Below, in pieces: positions 1 through 8,637 of a stretch of DNA of 61,114 nt. Each line of letters starts with the position of its first letter. The first letter of the stretch is position 1. This DNA comes from Myxococcota bacterium (GTDB lineage Bacteria; Myxococcota; XYA12-FULL-58-9; JALHOP01). The position numbers and the translations under genes are program-made. The notes beneath the pieces are model-generated. The model saw only the letters and a program-made list of their open reading frames with translations, was not told where the DNA came from and made no database searches. The DNA lies in NCBI GenBank assembly GCA_041288095.1, contig JBGGMJ010000107.1:1-61114 (forward strand), in the 5' to 3' direction.

Positions 1-194
1 TGGGAGCATTCAACGGCCGAGCATTCTTGCTGGGCATCCAGCACCTGGACGCCGCCAGCCGCCGGCTCTTCGACCGGCATGGCAAGAGCATGGATGGCCG
101 CTTCCGCCTCATCGAGCAAATCGTCGATGACGCCATGGTGCGGCTCGCGGGCGATCAACTCGATTGGGACGACGGTCCCAACAGAAACCGCTGA
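1..194 (+). CDS. 3' end of a hypothetical protein (partial, enters from the left edge)
   Basis: Frame from position 3 reads GAFNGRAFLLGIQHLDAASRRLFDRHGKSMDGRFRLIEQIVDDAMVRLAGDQLDWDDGPNRNR-TGA(192-194) with GC-rich third positions. Confidence 0.55.
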   Translation, partial: GAFNGRAFLLGIQHLDAASRRLFDRHGKSMDGRFRLIEQIVDDAMVRLAGDQLDWDDGPNRNR

Positions 195-207
195 GTAGGT
201 GAACATC

Positions 208-369
208 ATGAACGACAAGAAAGAATGGGCCGCCGAGGCCCTGGCCGCCGAAATGCAGGTCACCTTCGACACCGACGAGCTCGCGAGCTTCTTCGACGGC
301 TTCGAGTCTCTCGAAGAGATCGCCAAGTCCTTGTGCGCCCCGCTCGGTGGCGGTCGCGAGGAATCGTAA
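208..369 (+). CDS. Small acidic hypothetical protein (53 aa), absent from the ORF track
   Basis: AGGTGA RBS-like sequence before ATG 208; translation MNDKKEWAAEALAAEMQVTFDTDELASFFDGFESLEEIAKSLCAPLGGGREES, TAA 367-369; codon usage typical of the window. Confidence 0.6.
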   Translation: MNDKKEWAAEALAAEMQVTFDTDELASFFDGFESLEEIAKSLCAPLGGGREES

Positions 370-420
370 AACGCTAGCGCTTGCCACCGTCTTACGACTG
401 GGGCTACAGCGAAGGTAGTC

Positions 421-984
421 ATGACCAGCTACCTCCGTGCAGGGTGGTTCGACCGTAGCTCCGGCAAGCCGAGCAAAGGTCTACGCACCGAAGTCATCGA
501 TGGCGCCATGGACGCCGCGGGCTTCCTGCTGCGCGCCAACATCTCGGGTGCCACCGTCCTACGGCTCGCTCTGCGCGTACGCGCGCTGATGGCAATCGCC
601 GACCCTCGCATGCTCGGCGTGCCGAAGTTCGGAGAGCGCGAGCGCGAGCTCGTCATGAACGGCCTGGCGCGCCACACCGACGCTACGCCCGAGCTCTACG
701 CTTTCGTCGCCGACTGCGTCGACGGGGTGAACAACCTCACCGACCTGATGGCGTTCTATCTGCACCTCACGCACGTCGCGCGCATGATCGAGCTGCTTTC
801 GGTCGCGGTGCGGAACATGCCGCAGATGGTGAGCGCGCCGCGCCCAGCCCGTCGCACGCCCGCGAAGAAGAAGGCAGCGCCGAAGAAGCGCGCCATCGCG
901 AAGAAGAAGCCGACGAAGAAAAAAGCCGCCAAGAAGAAGCCCACCGCCAAGCAGAAGAGCGCCGGCGCAAGGCGTCGCAAGTAA
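421..984 (+). CDS. Hypothetical protein with Lys/Ala/Pro-rich histone-H1-like C-terminal tail
   Basis: Helical N-domain followed by PAKKKAAPKKRAIAKKKPTKKKAAKKKPTAKQK. Confidence 0.75.
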   Translation: MTSYLRAGWFDRSSGKPSKGLRTEVIDGAMDAAGFLLRANISGATVLRLALRVRALMAIADPRMLGVPKFGERERELVMNGLARHTDATPELYAFVADCVDGVNNLTDLMAFYLHLTHVARMIELLSVAVRNMPQMVSAPRPARRTPAKKKAAPKKRAIAKKKPTKKKAAKKKPTAKQKSAGARRRK

Positions 985-987
985 GCG

Positions 988-1611
988 ATGGGCAGACGTT
1001 GCCTCGTCGCCATCGCATTCCTTTCCATCGTCGCCTGTCGCCGCGCGCAGAACCATGATTCGTCGCCGTTCACGGCGCCGGAGATCGGCATCTCGCTGCC
1101 GCACCTTCCGGGCTGGGAGCGCGACCCGACGGTGAAGCTCGAAGACCCCGCGAAGGGGGGCTTGGTCATGCGGCTCACCCGAGAAGAGCGGGTGCCGGGG
1201 ATGCCGCGCATCGATGTCATCATCGATCCGGTACCGGTGAAGCCCACGTTTCTCGAGGACGTCTTGAGCCGCGCCTTGCGCGATATGGCGGACTACGAGC
1301 AGCGCGGCGAGATCGATATACAAGCGCTGGATCGCAAACCCATTCGCGTCGGTCCGCGCCGGGGCTTCCGCGTTACGCACTCGTATGTCGTCGCGAGCGA
1401 CGAGGACCGCGCCATGGTCACGCAGACGTCGGCGCTGTTCGTACTCGACGGCCGCGGCATCACGGTGACGGCGACCGGCCGCGCCGAGCTGTACACGCCG
1501 CTGGTCGAGGAGGTCGATCAGATCGTGTCAGGCATGAACGTCGCGCTTACGGGGCCGCTGGGGGCGAGTGGGCTGACGAAGCCGGTGGATTTGACGCCGC
1601 GGCCGAACTGA
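988..1611 (+). CDS. Hypothetical lipoprotein, possibly PsbP/DcrB-like fold
   Basis: Signal peptide with lipobox-like IVAC; LPGW near the N-terminus and beta-strand pattern ending in an amphipathic helix (VDQIVSGM). Confidence 0.7.
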   Translation: MGRRCLVAIAFLSIVACRRAQNHDSSPFTAPEIGISLPHLPGWERDPTVKLEDPAKGGLVMRLTREERVPGMPRIDVIIDPVPVKPTFLEDVLSRALRDMADYEQRGEIDIQALDRKPIRVGPRRGFRVTHSYVVASDEDRAMVTQTSALFVLDGRGITVTATGRAELYTPLVEEVDQIVSGMNVALTGPLGASGLTKPVDLTPRPN

Positions 1612-1636
1612 AAAATGGGGACACTAACCATTTTTC
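1610..1636. repeat. Palindromic REP-like hairpin GAAAAATGG-N9-CCATTTTTC
   Basis: Perfect 9-bp inverted repeat with GGACACTAA loop at the stop codon of 988..1611; may act as a terminator. Confidence 0.6.
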
Positions 1637-1663
1637 CGATGGCCGATAGCCGATGGCCGATGG
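1636..1663 (+). repeat. Tandem heptamer repeat (CCGAT[G/A]G)x4
   Basis: ccgatgg ccgatag ccgatgg ccgatgg read directly from the sequence. Confidence 0.85.
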
Positions 1664-1706
1664 CCGGCTCGCGCGCCTTCGGCGGGCCCGCTGGAGCGGT
1701 CCGGCG

Positions 1707-1898
1707 CTGCCCGCGTATCTTGGTGACCAACTTCGAAGGGCGGCGGCGAGCATCACCCTCAACTTCGCCGAGGGCTGCGGCAAGCGTGGCGCGCGTGACC
1801 GTCAGCGGTTCTTCTCGACCGCTCGCGGTTCCGCCTACGAGGTCACCGCCATAGCAGACGTCGCCGTCACCCTCGGATTGCTTGACCCCACCAATCTG
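1707..1898 (+). pseudogene. Truncated four-helix-bundle (23S rRNA IVS / TIGR02436-type) gene remnant
   Basis: LGDQLRRAAASITLNFAEGCGK...RFFSTARGSAYEV matches the family signature DQLRRAAxSIxxNIAEG...F+xIARGSxxE. First and last helices are missing and the frame runs into the convergent gene. Confidence 0.75.
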
Positions 1899-1926
1899 CC
1901 GAAGCTCGATTACCGATGGCCGATAC
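1899..1926 (+). repeat. Degenerate heptamer tandem repeat, right flank of the four-helix-bundle remnant
   Basis: ccgaagc tcgatta ccgatgg ccgatac; same unit as 1636-1663. Confidence 0.6.
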
Positions 1927-1929
1927 GCT

Positions 1930-3885
1930 TTAGCGGGCGTCGACTTCGCTGGCTGCTTTCAAGAAGGCGCCGTCACCAATCGGTACGACATCGCCGGTCT
2001 CTGTCGAAGCCACCACCAAGGTATCGCCGTTGTGCAGCGACCCCGACACATCGCGCACCACCGCTTGCGCCGCATCGCTCTCGATGACCTCGATGTCGCG
2101 CGCCAGCGCTCTACCCTGCGCGATGACGTAGACGTGGGTCTTCTCGTCGCCCGACTTGGCAATCGACGACATGGGCACGCGGAAAGCTGGGTCGAGGAGC
2201 TCCTTCACCAAGCGGAACTTGGCCGGCTCCATCATCGCGAACGCGCCGGAGGGGTCGGCGATGCTGACTTCGATGCGCGATTTGCCGTCCGTCTTTTTCA
2301 CGTCCGAGATCTTGGCGCGGTTGGGCGCGCCACGGTCGACCGAAATTTGCGCTTGGCCACCAGCCGCGAAGGGCACGTCGGTTGCCAACTCGAAGGTGAG
2401 GATGGCTTCGGACTCGTCGCGCAGCAGCACGACCGGCGTCTTTTCGGCCACCGAGTCCCCGACCTTCACTTTGATTTCCTCGATGGTGCCCGCGAAGGGC
2501 GCCCGCAGGAGTCGACCCGCGACCTTGCGCTCGAGCTGCTCGGCCCGCGACTGCGCCGCCTCGAGCTTCTTCTTGGCCGCCGCCTCGGCTGCCTTGGGCG
2601 CCTTCTCCTTCTTGGCGTGGGCTTTGAGCTTGTTCATCGCGGCGGCCTTCACGCGCTTCCACTTTTCGAGATCGCGCTTCGAGACACCGCCCTGATTCAA
2701 GAGCTGCTTGGGTTGCAGCTCCTTGAGCTTCTCCGTGGCCGTGTCACGCTCGCTTTCGATCTTCTCGCGCTCGGTATTGAGCGCGGTGAGACGCTCGGCC
2801 GCCTTCTCGTGCGCTTCTTTCAAGCTCGCGACGGTCGTCTTGGCGACCTCGATCTGCTTCTGCTGCGGCGGGGGTAGGTCGAGGGTCGCGATCAGGTCGC
2901 CCTGATTCACATGCGCGCCCTTCTGCACCTTGATCTCGCCAACGCGCCCGCGCTCGAGAAACTGCAGGTTCTTCTCCTTGAGCGGGCGAACGGCCGCCGG
3001 AGATGACGCGTAGAAGATGGGGATCTGCGTGGCTTCGAGAGTCGTGGTCTGCACGATGATAGGCGACTCGAAGATGCCGCCTTCGCGCGCCAGCCAATAC
3101 AGCAGCGCGCCGCCGCCAAGAACGACGACGAGCAGGAGCATCGTCCACATGACGCGGGTTCGGAGATCTTCCTCGCCGGGGAGACGCGCGGTGTTGCGCT
3201 TGCCGGAGAGCTGCGCCGCTGCCGGCTCCGCGGCAGGACCGCCCGACTTAGCATCGATGACCTGACCGAGCTCGCTGACGATACTCGGAAAGAGGCGCCG
3301 CGCCTGGTCCCAGAGGTACTCGACCTCGGCGGGGCCGCTCGCATCCCCGATGATCTCGAGATGGCTCACGAGCTTGTTCAAACGGTCATCGGACGGGTCG
3401 AGCTCGCGCGCCGCCAAGAAGTAATCGCGAGCGTGCACGATGTAGCCCTGCTTGACGTGCAGCAGCGCGGAGCGGAGCAAACGCTCCATCTCCGCCGTGT
3501 CGGCCGCTGGCGCCTCGAGGTCGATGGGCACGACGAGAATCTCGCCGGTGTGACTATCGAGCATCTGCCCGTTGGCGTTATCGGACACGACCGGGCTCCT
3601 GATGGTCTCGGCGACGCCGGCTCCGCGCATCAAGAATCCCATGGCCTCGAGCTGCGACACGAAGCGCTGGAGATCGGCGTCGCTGATGTCGAAGCTGTAG
3701 TCGCTGCGAACCGCCTGGATGACGTCCTCGAGGCTGCGCGTGCCGTCGAGCTTCGTCGCGATCAGGTATTCGATCTCGTAGAGGCGAAAGTTGGTTTCGC
3801 TCTTGGGATCGTCGACGCGATAGAACACCACGCCCTGTTGCTCTTCACGCGAGCAGATGAGGTCGGGTCTGAAGGTTGGTCGCAT
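1930..3885 (-). CDS. Membrane-fusion (HlyD/RND adaptor-like) protein with N-terminal PqqD-like winged-helix domain and a TPR-like segment
   Basis: N-term YRVDDPKSETNFRLYEIEYLIATKLDGTRSLEDV...LQRFVSQLEAMGFL; TM helix VMWTMLLLVVVLGGGALLYWL; lipoyl half-motifs GRVGEIKVQKGAHVNQGDLIATLD and LRAPFAGTIEEIKVKVGDSV around a coiled coil. Confidence 0.8.
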   Translation of the reverse strand: MRPTFRPDLICSREEQQGVVFYRVDDPKSETNFRLYEIEYLIATKLDGTRSLEDVIQAVRSDYSFDISDADLQRFVSQLEAMGFLMRGAGVAETIRSPVVSDNANGQMLDSHTGEILVVPIDLEAPAADTAEMERLLRSALLHVKQGYIVHARDYFLAARELDPSDDRLNKLVSHLEIIGDASGPAEVEYLWDQARRLFPSIVSELGQVIDAKSGGPAAEPAAAQLSGKRNTARLPGEEDLRTRVMWTMLLLVVVLGGGALLYWLAREGGIFESPIIVQTTTLEATQIPIFYASSPAAVRPLKEKNLQFLERGRVGEIKVQKGAHVNQGDLIATLDLPPPQQKQIEVAKTTVASLKEAHEKAAERLTALNTEREKIESERDTATEKLKELQPKQLLNQGGVSKRDLEKWKRVKAAAMNKLKAHAKKEKAPKAAEAAAKKKLEAAQSRAEQLERKVAGRLLRAPFAGTIEEIKVKVGDSVAEKTPVVLLRDESEAILTFELATDVPFAAGGQAQISVDRGAPNRAKISDVKKTDGKSRIEVSIADPSGAFAMMEPAKFRLVKELLDPAFRVPMSSIAKSGDEKTHVYVIAQGRALARDIEVIESDAAQAVVRDVSGSLHNGDTLVVASTETGDVVPIGDGAFLKAASEVDAR

Positions 3886-3923
3886 TCGAGGGTCGGCGGG
3901 GATCCCAAATTGTAAGCGATGTC

Positions 3924-3953
3924 AGTATAGGCAAGCGTCCGAGAGCGCTGCAA
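3924..3953 (-). promoter_or_regulatory. Possible sigma70-type promoter for 1930..3885
   Basis: Minus strand TTGCAG-N18-TATACT about 40 nt upstream of the ATG. Confidence 0.35.
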
Positions 3954-4005
3954 AGAAAACGCGAAAATCTGGCCTCGATGCGGGAGCATCCGGCACCCTT
4001 GTCTC

Positions 4006-5574
4006 GTGGCCCGTCCCAAGAGCTTTCGTAAAGAGCTCGTCGACCTCCATCGTACGCTCTACAAGCGCAACCGCGTTCGCATCAACGCGTCGGTCATGGG
4101 CTATACCGCCGAGTTCCGCGCCTATGAAGGGCAATACGAGCGCGCGGTGCGCAAGTATCAGCGCCGAGCCACCTTCGAGGAGCTCGACCGGGAGCTGACG
4201 CGCGCCGACCTCGTCTATGTGGGTGATTACCACACACTCAAGCAGGCACAGCGCGGGTTCGTGCGCTTGTTGCGGCGGTTGCCCGACGACCGGCCGGTCA
4301 TCGTCGCGCTCGAATACATCCACGGAAAACATCAGGCACTGGTCGATCGCTGGATGCGCGGCGCTGCCACGGACGAGGACCTGACCGACACGGTGCGCGG
4401 CGAGCAGTGGGCGCTCGGCGGCTGGCCTTCGTTCAAGCAGATCTTCGAGCTTGCCCGCGATCGCGGATTCTCGATGCTGGCCATCGACAGCACGGGTCGG
4501 CTCGCGGCTCGCGACAAGTATGCGGCAAGGCGCATCGCCCGCGCTCTCGAGAAACAACCGAACGCGCGCGTGCTCACCTTGATCGGCGAGCTGCACGTCT
4601 CACCCGACCACCTGCCACGACAGGTCGAGGCCGAGCTCGACGAGCAACGCCGCCGCCTCATCATCTATCAGAGCAGCCACGAAATCTATTGGCAGCTCGC
4701 CGAGCGCGGTCACGAGCACGACGTCGAGCTGGTGAAGATCGCCGGCGACGCCTATTGCCTCCTCGGCACCCCACCCATCGTCGCGCAGCAATCGTTCCTG
4801 AACTGGGTCGACGTCGAGGAAGAAGAGGACCTCGAGTCTCCGGAAGAGACCTTCAAGGAGTACGCGCGGGTCATCGCGTCGTTCTTCGACATTCCGTTGG
4901 GGCATGCGCTCGACGAGGTCGAGGTGACGACGGTCGTGAACCTGTCCTTCCTCGACCGGCTGCGCCGCCGCGGCGACTTCTCGGCGAGCGACATGCGGCA
5001 CATACGCCGCCAGATCTTGAACAGCGAGAGCTACTTCATCCCGCGCGCCAAGATGGTCTACTTGGGGAAGCTCTCCATCAACCACGCCGCCGAAGAGGCG
5101 ACACATTATATTCGGTATATTTGCACGGGCGCGCTCGAGCCGTCCGCTCTCGTGGACGCGTTTTACGCCCGCTGCATGGAGGAAGCGATCGGCTTTCTCG
5201 GCTCGAAGCTCTTGAACCACCGCCGCAAGGCGCCGAGCGACGCCGCTCTCGAGAAGCTCAAGCGCAGCCGCGACAAACACGACCGCGTTCTCGCCCGCGC
5301 CGTCTTGAAGCACGCGCGCCTCGAGGCCGGCGAGAAGGTCCGCGGCATGCGCGAGATCTACGAAGCCAACGCCGACGCCTTCAACGCGGTGACGCACGTC
5401 ATCGGCTACCGCCTGGGCGAGCGCCTCTACTACAGCGTCGTCAGCGGCGACCTCCCGAAACGCGCCATTCGCGAGCTGTTCTTCGAGCGCTTCGAAGAAG
5501 AGGGCAACGCGCTCATGACCTTCTTCTCGCTGGTCGCGCGCACGCGCAACGTGAAGATGCCCGAGCGCTTGTAG
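4006..5574 (+). CDS. ChaN-family (haem-uptake / Tiki-superfamily) domain protein with extra C-terminal helical domain
   Basis: ADLVYVGDYHT, VALEY..., RDKYAARRI and LIGELHV motifs of ChaN-like proteins; GTG start; no signal peptide. Confidence 0.7.
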   Translation: MARPKSFRKELVDLHRTLYKRNRVRINASVMGYTAEFRAYEGQYERAVRKYQRRATFEELDRELTRADLVYVGDYHTLKQAQRGFVRLLRRLPDDRPVIVALEYIHGKHQALVDRWMRGAATDEDLTDTVRGEQWALGGWPSFKQIFELARDRGFSMLAIDSTGRLAARDKYAARRIARALEKQPNARVLTLIGELHVSPDHLPRQVEAELDEQRRRLIIYQSSHEIYWQLAERGHEHDVELVKIAGDAYCLLGTPPIVAQQSFLNWVDVEEEEDLESPEETFKEYARVIASFFDIPLGHALDEVEVTTVVNLSFLDRLRRRGDFSASDMRHIRRQILNSESYFIPRAKMVYLGKLSINHAAEEATHYIRYICTGALEPSALVDAFYARCMEEAIGFLGSKLLNHRRKAPSDAALEKLKRSRDKHDRVLARAVLKHARLEAGEKVRGMREIYEANADAFNAVTHVIGYRLGERLYYSVVSGDLPKRAIRELFFERFEEEGNALMTFFSLVARTRNVKMPERL

Positions 5575-5739
5575 TGCCACGGCCAGCCTGGCGGCGTTCC
5601 ACCGTCCATAGCGGTCCTCGGGCCGCGGCGCGCAACAAGTGGGGACGAAGTGCAACTCCAAGAAAAGTTTCCATAGCTTGCAGCGACGTCCGGACCGTTG
5701 CACGATGGGTAACCTCTCTCACACACGAGACAAATTCTT

Positions 5740-6123
5740 ATGAGTGACATCGATAGCGCAGGCGTCATCGGCCGTGGCTTGTTCATCAAGGGCGAGCTGC
5801 ACGGGGAGGAGAACCTCGTCATCGAGGGCCGGGTCGAGGGCGTCATCACGCTGAAGAAGCACTTGGTCATCGAGCAGGGCGGCGTCATCCTGGCCGACAT
5901 CACCACCGAAAACATCACCATCAAGGGTGAGATGCGCGGCAACATGACCGCGACGCAAAAGGTCGAAATCCACGCCGATGCGCGGGTCGTGGGCGACATC
6001 ACGGCGCCGCGCGTGGTCATCTCCGATGGCGCGAGCTTCAAGGGTCACATCGAAATGACCGGCACGACCCTCAAGGACGGCCCCACCCCGACCGCCCTGC
6101 CCAGCCGCCGCAGCCGCGGCTGA
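5740..6123 (+). CDS. Bactofilin (polymer-forming cytoskeletal protein)
   Basis: VIGRGLFIKGELHGEENLVIEGRVEG...ITIKGEMRGNMTATQKVEIHADARVVGDITAPRVVISDGASFKGHIEM beta-helix signature. Confidence 0.93.
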   Translation: MSDIDSAGVIGRGLFIKGELHGEENLVIEGRVEGVITLKKHLVIEQGGVILADITTENITIKGEMRGNMTATQKVEIHADARVVGDITAPRVVISDGASFKGHIEMTGTTLKDGPTPTALPSRRSRG

Positions 6124-6130
6124 CGCCCCC

Positions 6131-6484
6131 TTAGGCTTCCACCCTCAAACTGCGCTCGATGTAGTCGGCCAGAACCCGCATATCGGCGATGCCGATCTCC
6201 ATCAGCCGCACACCGATGCCGCGCTTGCCTTCCGAGGCGCGCGCGTGTTTGCTGGTCCAGACGACCAATCCGCGACACTGGATGGTCCGGGCGGCGACCG
6301 GAAGAGCGAACTCGAGACTGACTTCAGTGCCGAAGGTGAGCGGGTCCTCCATGTCGATGAAAACGCCGCCCAGCGAGATGTTGGTGAGGCGATTGGCAGT
6401 ATGGCTGGGGCCGCCAGGGACACGAATGGTGGCGGTAACGCTCGCGGGTACGCGTGGATGAGAGCGCCTCTTCGATCGATCCAT
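6131..6484 (-). CDS. PilZ-domain protein (c-di-GMP receptor type)
   Basis: RRSHPR (RxxxR) and NISLGG (D/NxSxxG) motifs; GLVVW and GIGVRL; ATG 6484 preferred over GTG 6505. Confidence 0.85.
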   Translation of the reverse strand: MDRSKRRSHPRVPASVTATIRVPGGPSHTANRLTNISLGGVFIDMEDPLTFGTEVSLEFALPVAARTIQCRGLVVWTSKHARASEGKRGIGVRLMEIGIADMRVLADYIERSLRVEA

Positions 6485-6557
6485 GCGGTACACTGAAAGT
6501 GCCACGCGACCGTCGTGAAAACAACTGAAGCAGTTTCACCAGAATGAAGTGATTGTC

Positions 6558-8072
6558 ATGGGTCACACGGAGCTCTCACCCTCTCCGCCGACAACCTCCC
6601 CGAAGTACGAGCTGGATGCCCCGCACCTCCCGCCTCCGGAGCTGCGTATCTTCGTCAACCGCAACCTGCGCATGGACACGGTCGCGGCCATCGGCTTCGA
6701 CATGGACTACACGCTCGCCCGCTACAAGCGCGAGCAGCTCGAGCGCTTGGCTCACCGGCTCACGGTCGAGAAGCTCGTGAAGCGCGGCTACCCAGAGGAC
6801 ATCTTGAAGCTGGGCTACGATCCGAGCTTCGTCATCCGCGGCCTGATCGTCGACAAGCAGCTCGGCAACATCCTGAAGATCGACCGGCACAGCCACGTCG
6901 GCCGCGTCTTCCACGGCCGCAGGCCGCTCAACAAGGATGAGCGCCGCCAAGTCTACCGGCGCGAGCGCATCGCTTTCGTACCGCCTCGCTTTGCCTTGGT
7001 GGACACCCTCTTCTCGCTGCCCGAGATGTGCCTCTACGCGGACCTCGTGGACTTTTTCGCGACCAGGGGCGACGCGGCGCAGGTCGATACCTGGAAGATC
7101 TTCGACGACGTGCGCGAGAGCATCGACGAAGCGCACCGCGACGACACGCTGAAGTCGGTGGTCAAGCAGGACCTCCCCAAATACGTCGAGCGCGACCCAC
7201 TGATGGCGCGCACTCTGCACAAGCTCCGCTCGAGCGGAAAGAAGCTCTTCCTGCTCACCAACTCGGCGTTCGACTACACCGATCACTTGATGCGCTACCT
7301 GCTCGACGGTGAGCTGGCCGAATACGCGCACTGGAGCAGCTACTTCGAGTGGGTCGTGGTGACCGCCAAGAAGCCGGGCTTCTTCAAGGACCAGGAGCCG
7401 TTCGTCCTGCTCGACCCCAAGGGCGTGCCGACCGGCAAGCCGGTGACGGCGCTCGAGCGCGGCAAGGTCTACGAGGGCGGCAACCTCAAGGACTTCGAGC
7501 GCATGACCGGCATGATCGGCGAGCAAGTGCTCTACGTGGGCGATCACATCTTCGGCGACATCCTGCGCAGCAAGAAGGCGTCGCTATGGCGGACAGCGCT
7601 GGTCGTCGAGGAGCTCGAGGACGAGATCCGCTACAGCATCGAGCACGCCGAGGATTTGCAGCGTCTCGCGGACCTCGAGATCGAGCGACGAAACCTCGAC
7701 GAGCTCACCGGGCTCCAGCGCCAGCACCTCGCCACCATCGAAAAGCGCTTGGGCGCCGAAGAGGCGCGGAGCTCACCCGAGTTCGAGGCTTTGCGCTTGC
7801 GACGTGACCAGGCCAAGCGTCAGCTCAAGTCCGTCATCGCGGCCATCGAGACGCTCGAGACCAAGGTCGACGCGAGCTTCAACAAGACCTGGGGCTTCGT
7901 CTTCAAGGAGTCGGGCGAGAACTCGCGCTTCGCCGAGCAGGTGAAGGACCACGCCTGCATCTACACGAGCCGGGTCTCGAACTTCCTCGGCTACTCCACG
8001 CACCAGTATTTCCGCGCGCCACGTGATCTACTGCCGCACGAGCGCGAGATCATGAGCACCGAAGATCTCTGA
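6558..8072 (+). CDS. HAD-IG family 5'-nucleotidase (cN-II-like)
   Basis: IFVNRNL, GFDMDYTLA, LLTNS, AKKPGFF and LYVGDHIFGDI motifs. Confidence 0.93.
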   Translation: MGHTELSPSPPTTSPKYELDAPHLPPPELRIFVNRNLRMDTVAAIGFDMDYTLARYKREQLERLAHRLTVEKLVKRGYPEDILKLGYDPSFVIRGLIVDKQLGNILKIDRHSHVGRVFHGRRPLNKDERRQVYRRERIAFVPPRFALVDTLFSLPEMCLYADLVDFFATRGDAAQVDTWKIFDDVRESIDEAHRDDTLKSVVKQDLPKYVERDPLMARTLHKLRSSGKKLFLLTNSAFDYTDHLMRYLLDGELAEYAHWSSYFEWVVVTAKKPGFFKDQEPFVLLDPKGVPTGKPVTALERGKVYEGGNLKDFERMTGMIGEQVLYVGDHIFGDILRSKKASLWRTALVVEELEDEIRYSIEHAEDLQRLADLEIERRNLDELTGLQRQHLATIEKRLGAEEARSSPEFEALRLRRDQAKRQLKSVIAAIETLETKVDASFNKTWGFVFKESGENSRFAEQVKDHACIYTSRVSNFLGYSTHQYFRAPRDLLPHEREIMSTEDL

Positions 8073-8133
8073 GCAACTCCCGGGCAGGCCGGCCGATAAC
8101 GACCCCGAAGCCGAAACTCGGGAGCTCGTTCGC

Positions 8134-8577
8134 ATGGATTTCGCAAATGCCGGCCGCCGTCTCAGGGACAGCCTGTTTCCACGAGCGAATCTCTGCGTTG
8201 GCGGCGAAGGCAGCAGGCCCGCTACCGGCTCCTCGAAGGTGCTCCTCGCGGCCGATGGTAGGAACCAATCGAGCGTCGACACCGCGAAGGAGCGCGGCGG
8301 CGCCGACTACCAAGCCGCCGCGGCGATCTCTCGATGGGTCGTCGCCAATAGCGTCACCGCCTACAATTGCAGCTCTTTCGCGAGGCGCGCGTCCCCGAAC
8401 ATCGACCACGCCCCTCACTCGATCTTCTTCACCGACCGCGACGCCGAGGTGCCGCCGACACTCGACGCCAAAGGCACGGTGTTCGTAGGTCTCGGCGCGG
8501 AGATGGCGCTGGCCAGACACCCTGATTTCGCGACCGCCCGCCAGCTCCTGCGCGGCTATTTCGGCGACGACAAGTAG
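8134..8577 (+). CDS. Hypothetical protein
   Basis: GGGAG RBS-like upstream of ATG; codon usage plausible mainly in the 3' two-thirds; no recognisable domain. Confidence 0.4.
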   Translation: MDFANAGRRLRDSLFPRANLCVGGEGSRPATGSSKVLLAADGRNQSSVDTAKERGGADYQAAAAISRWVVANSVTAYNCSSFARRASPNIDHAPHSIFFTDRDAEVPPTLDAKGTVFVGLGAEMALARHPDFATARQLLRGYFGDDK

Positions 8578-8637
8578 ACGCGGATCCCTTGCGGCTCGCA
8601 CCCCGGCGCCACATGTTGAGCGCGGGTGGGGGTTGGG

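Noticed and set aside
1636..1926. Repeats as a CRISPR array
   Set aside because: 7-bp tandem units without spacers; no cas genes.
1653..2087. ORF read as an intact four-helix-bundle gene or a DGR accessory (Avd) gene
   Set aside because: Start lies inside the heptamer repeat, the end is antisense to the next gene, and no reverse transcriptase or TR/VR pair is in the window.
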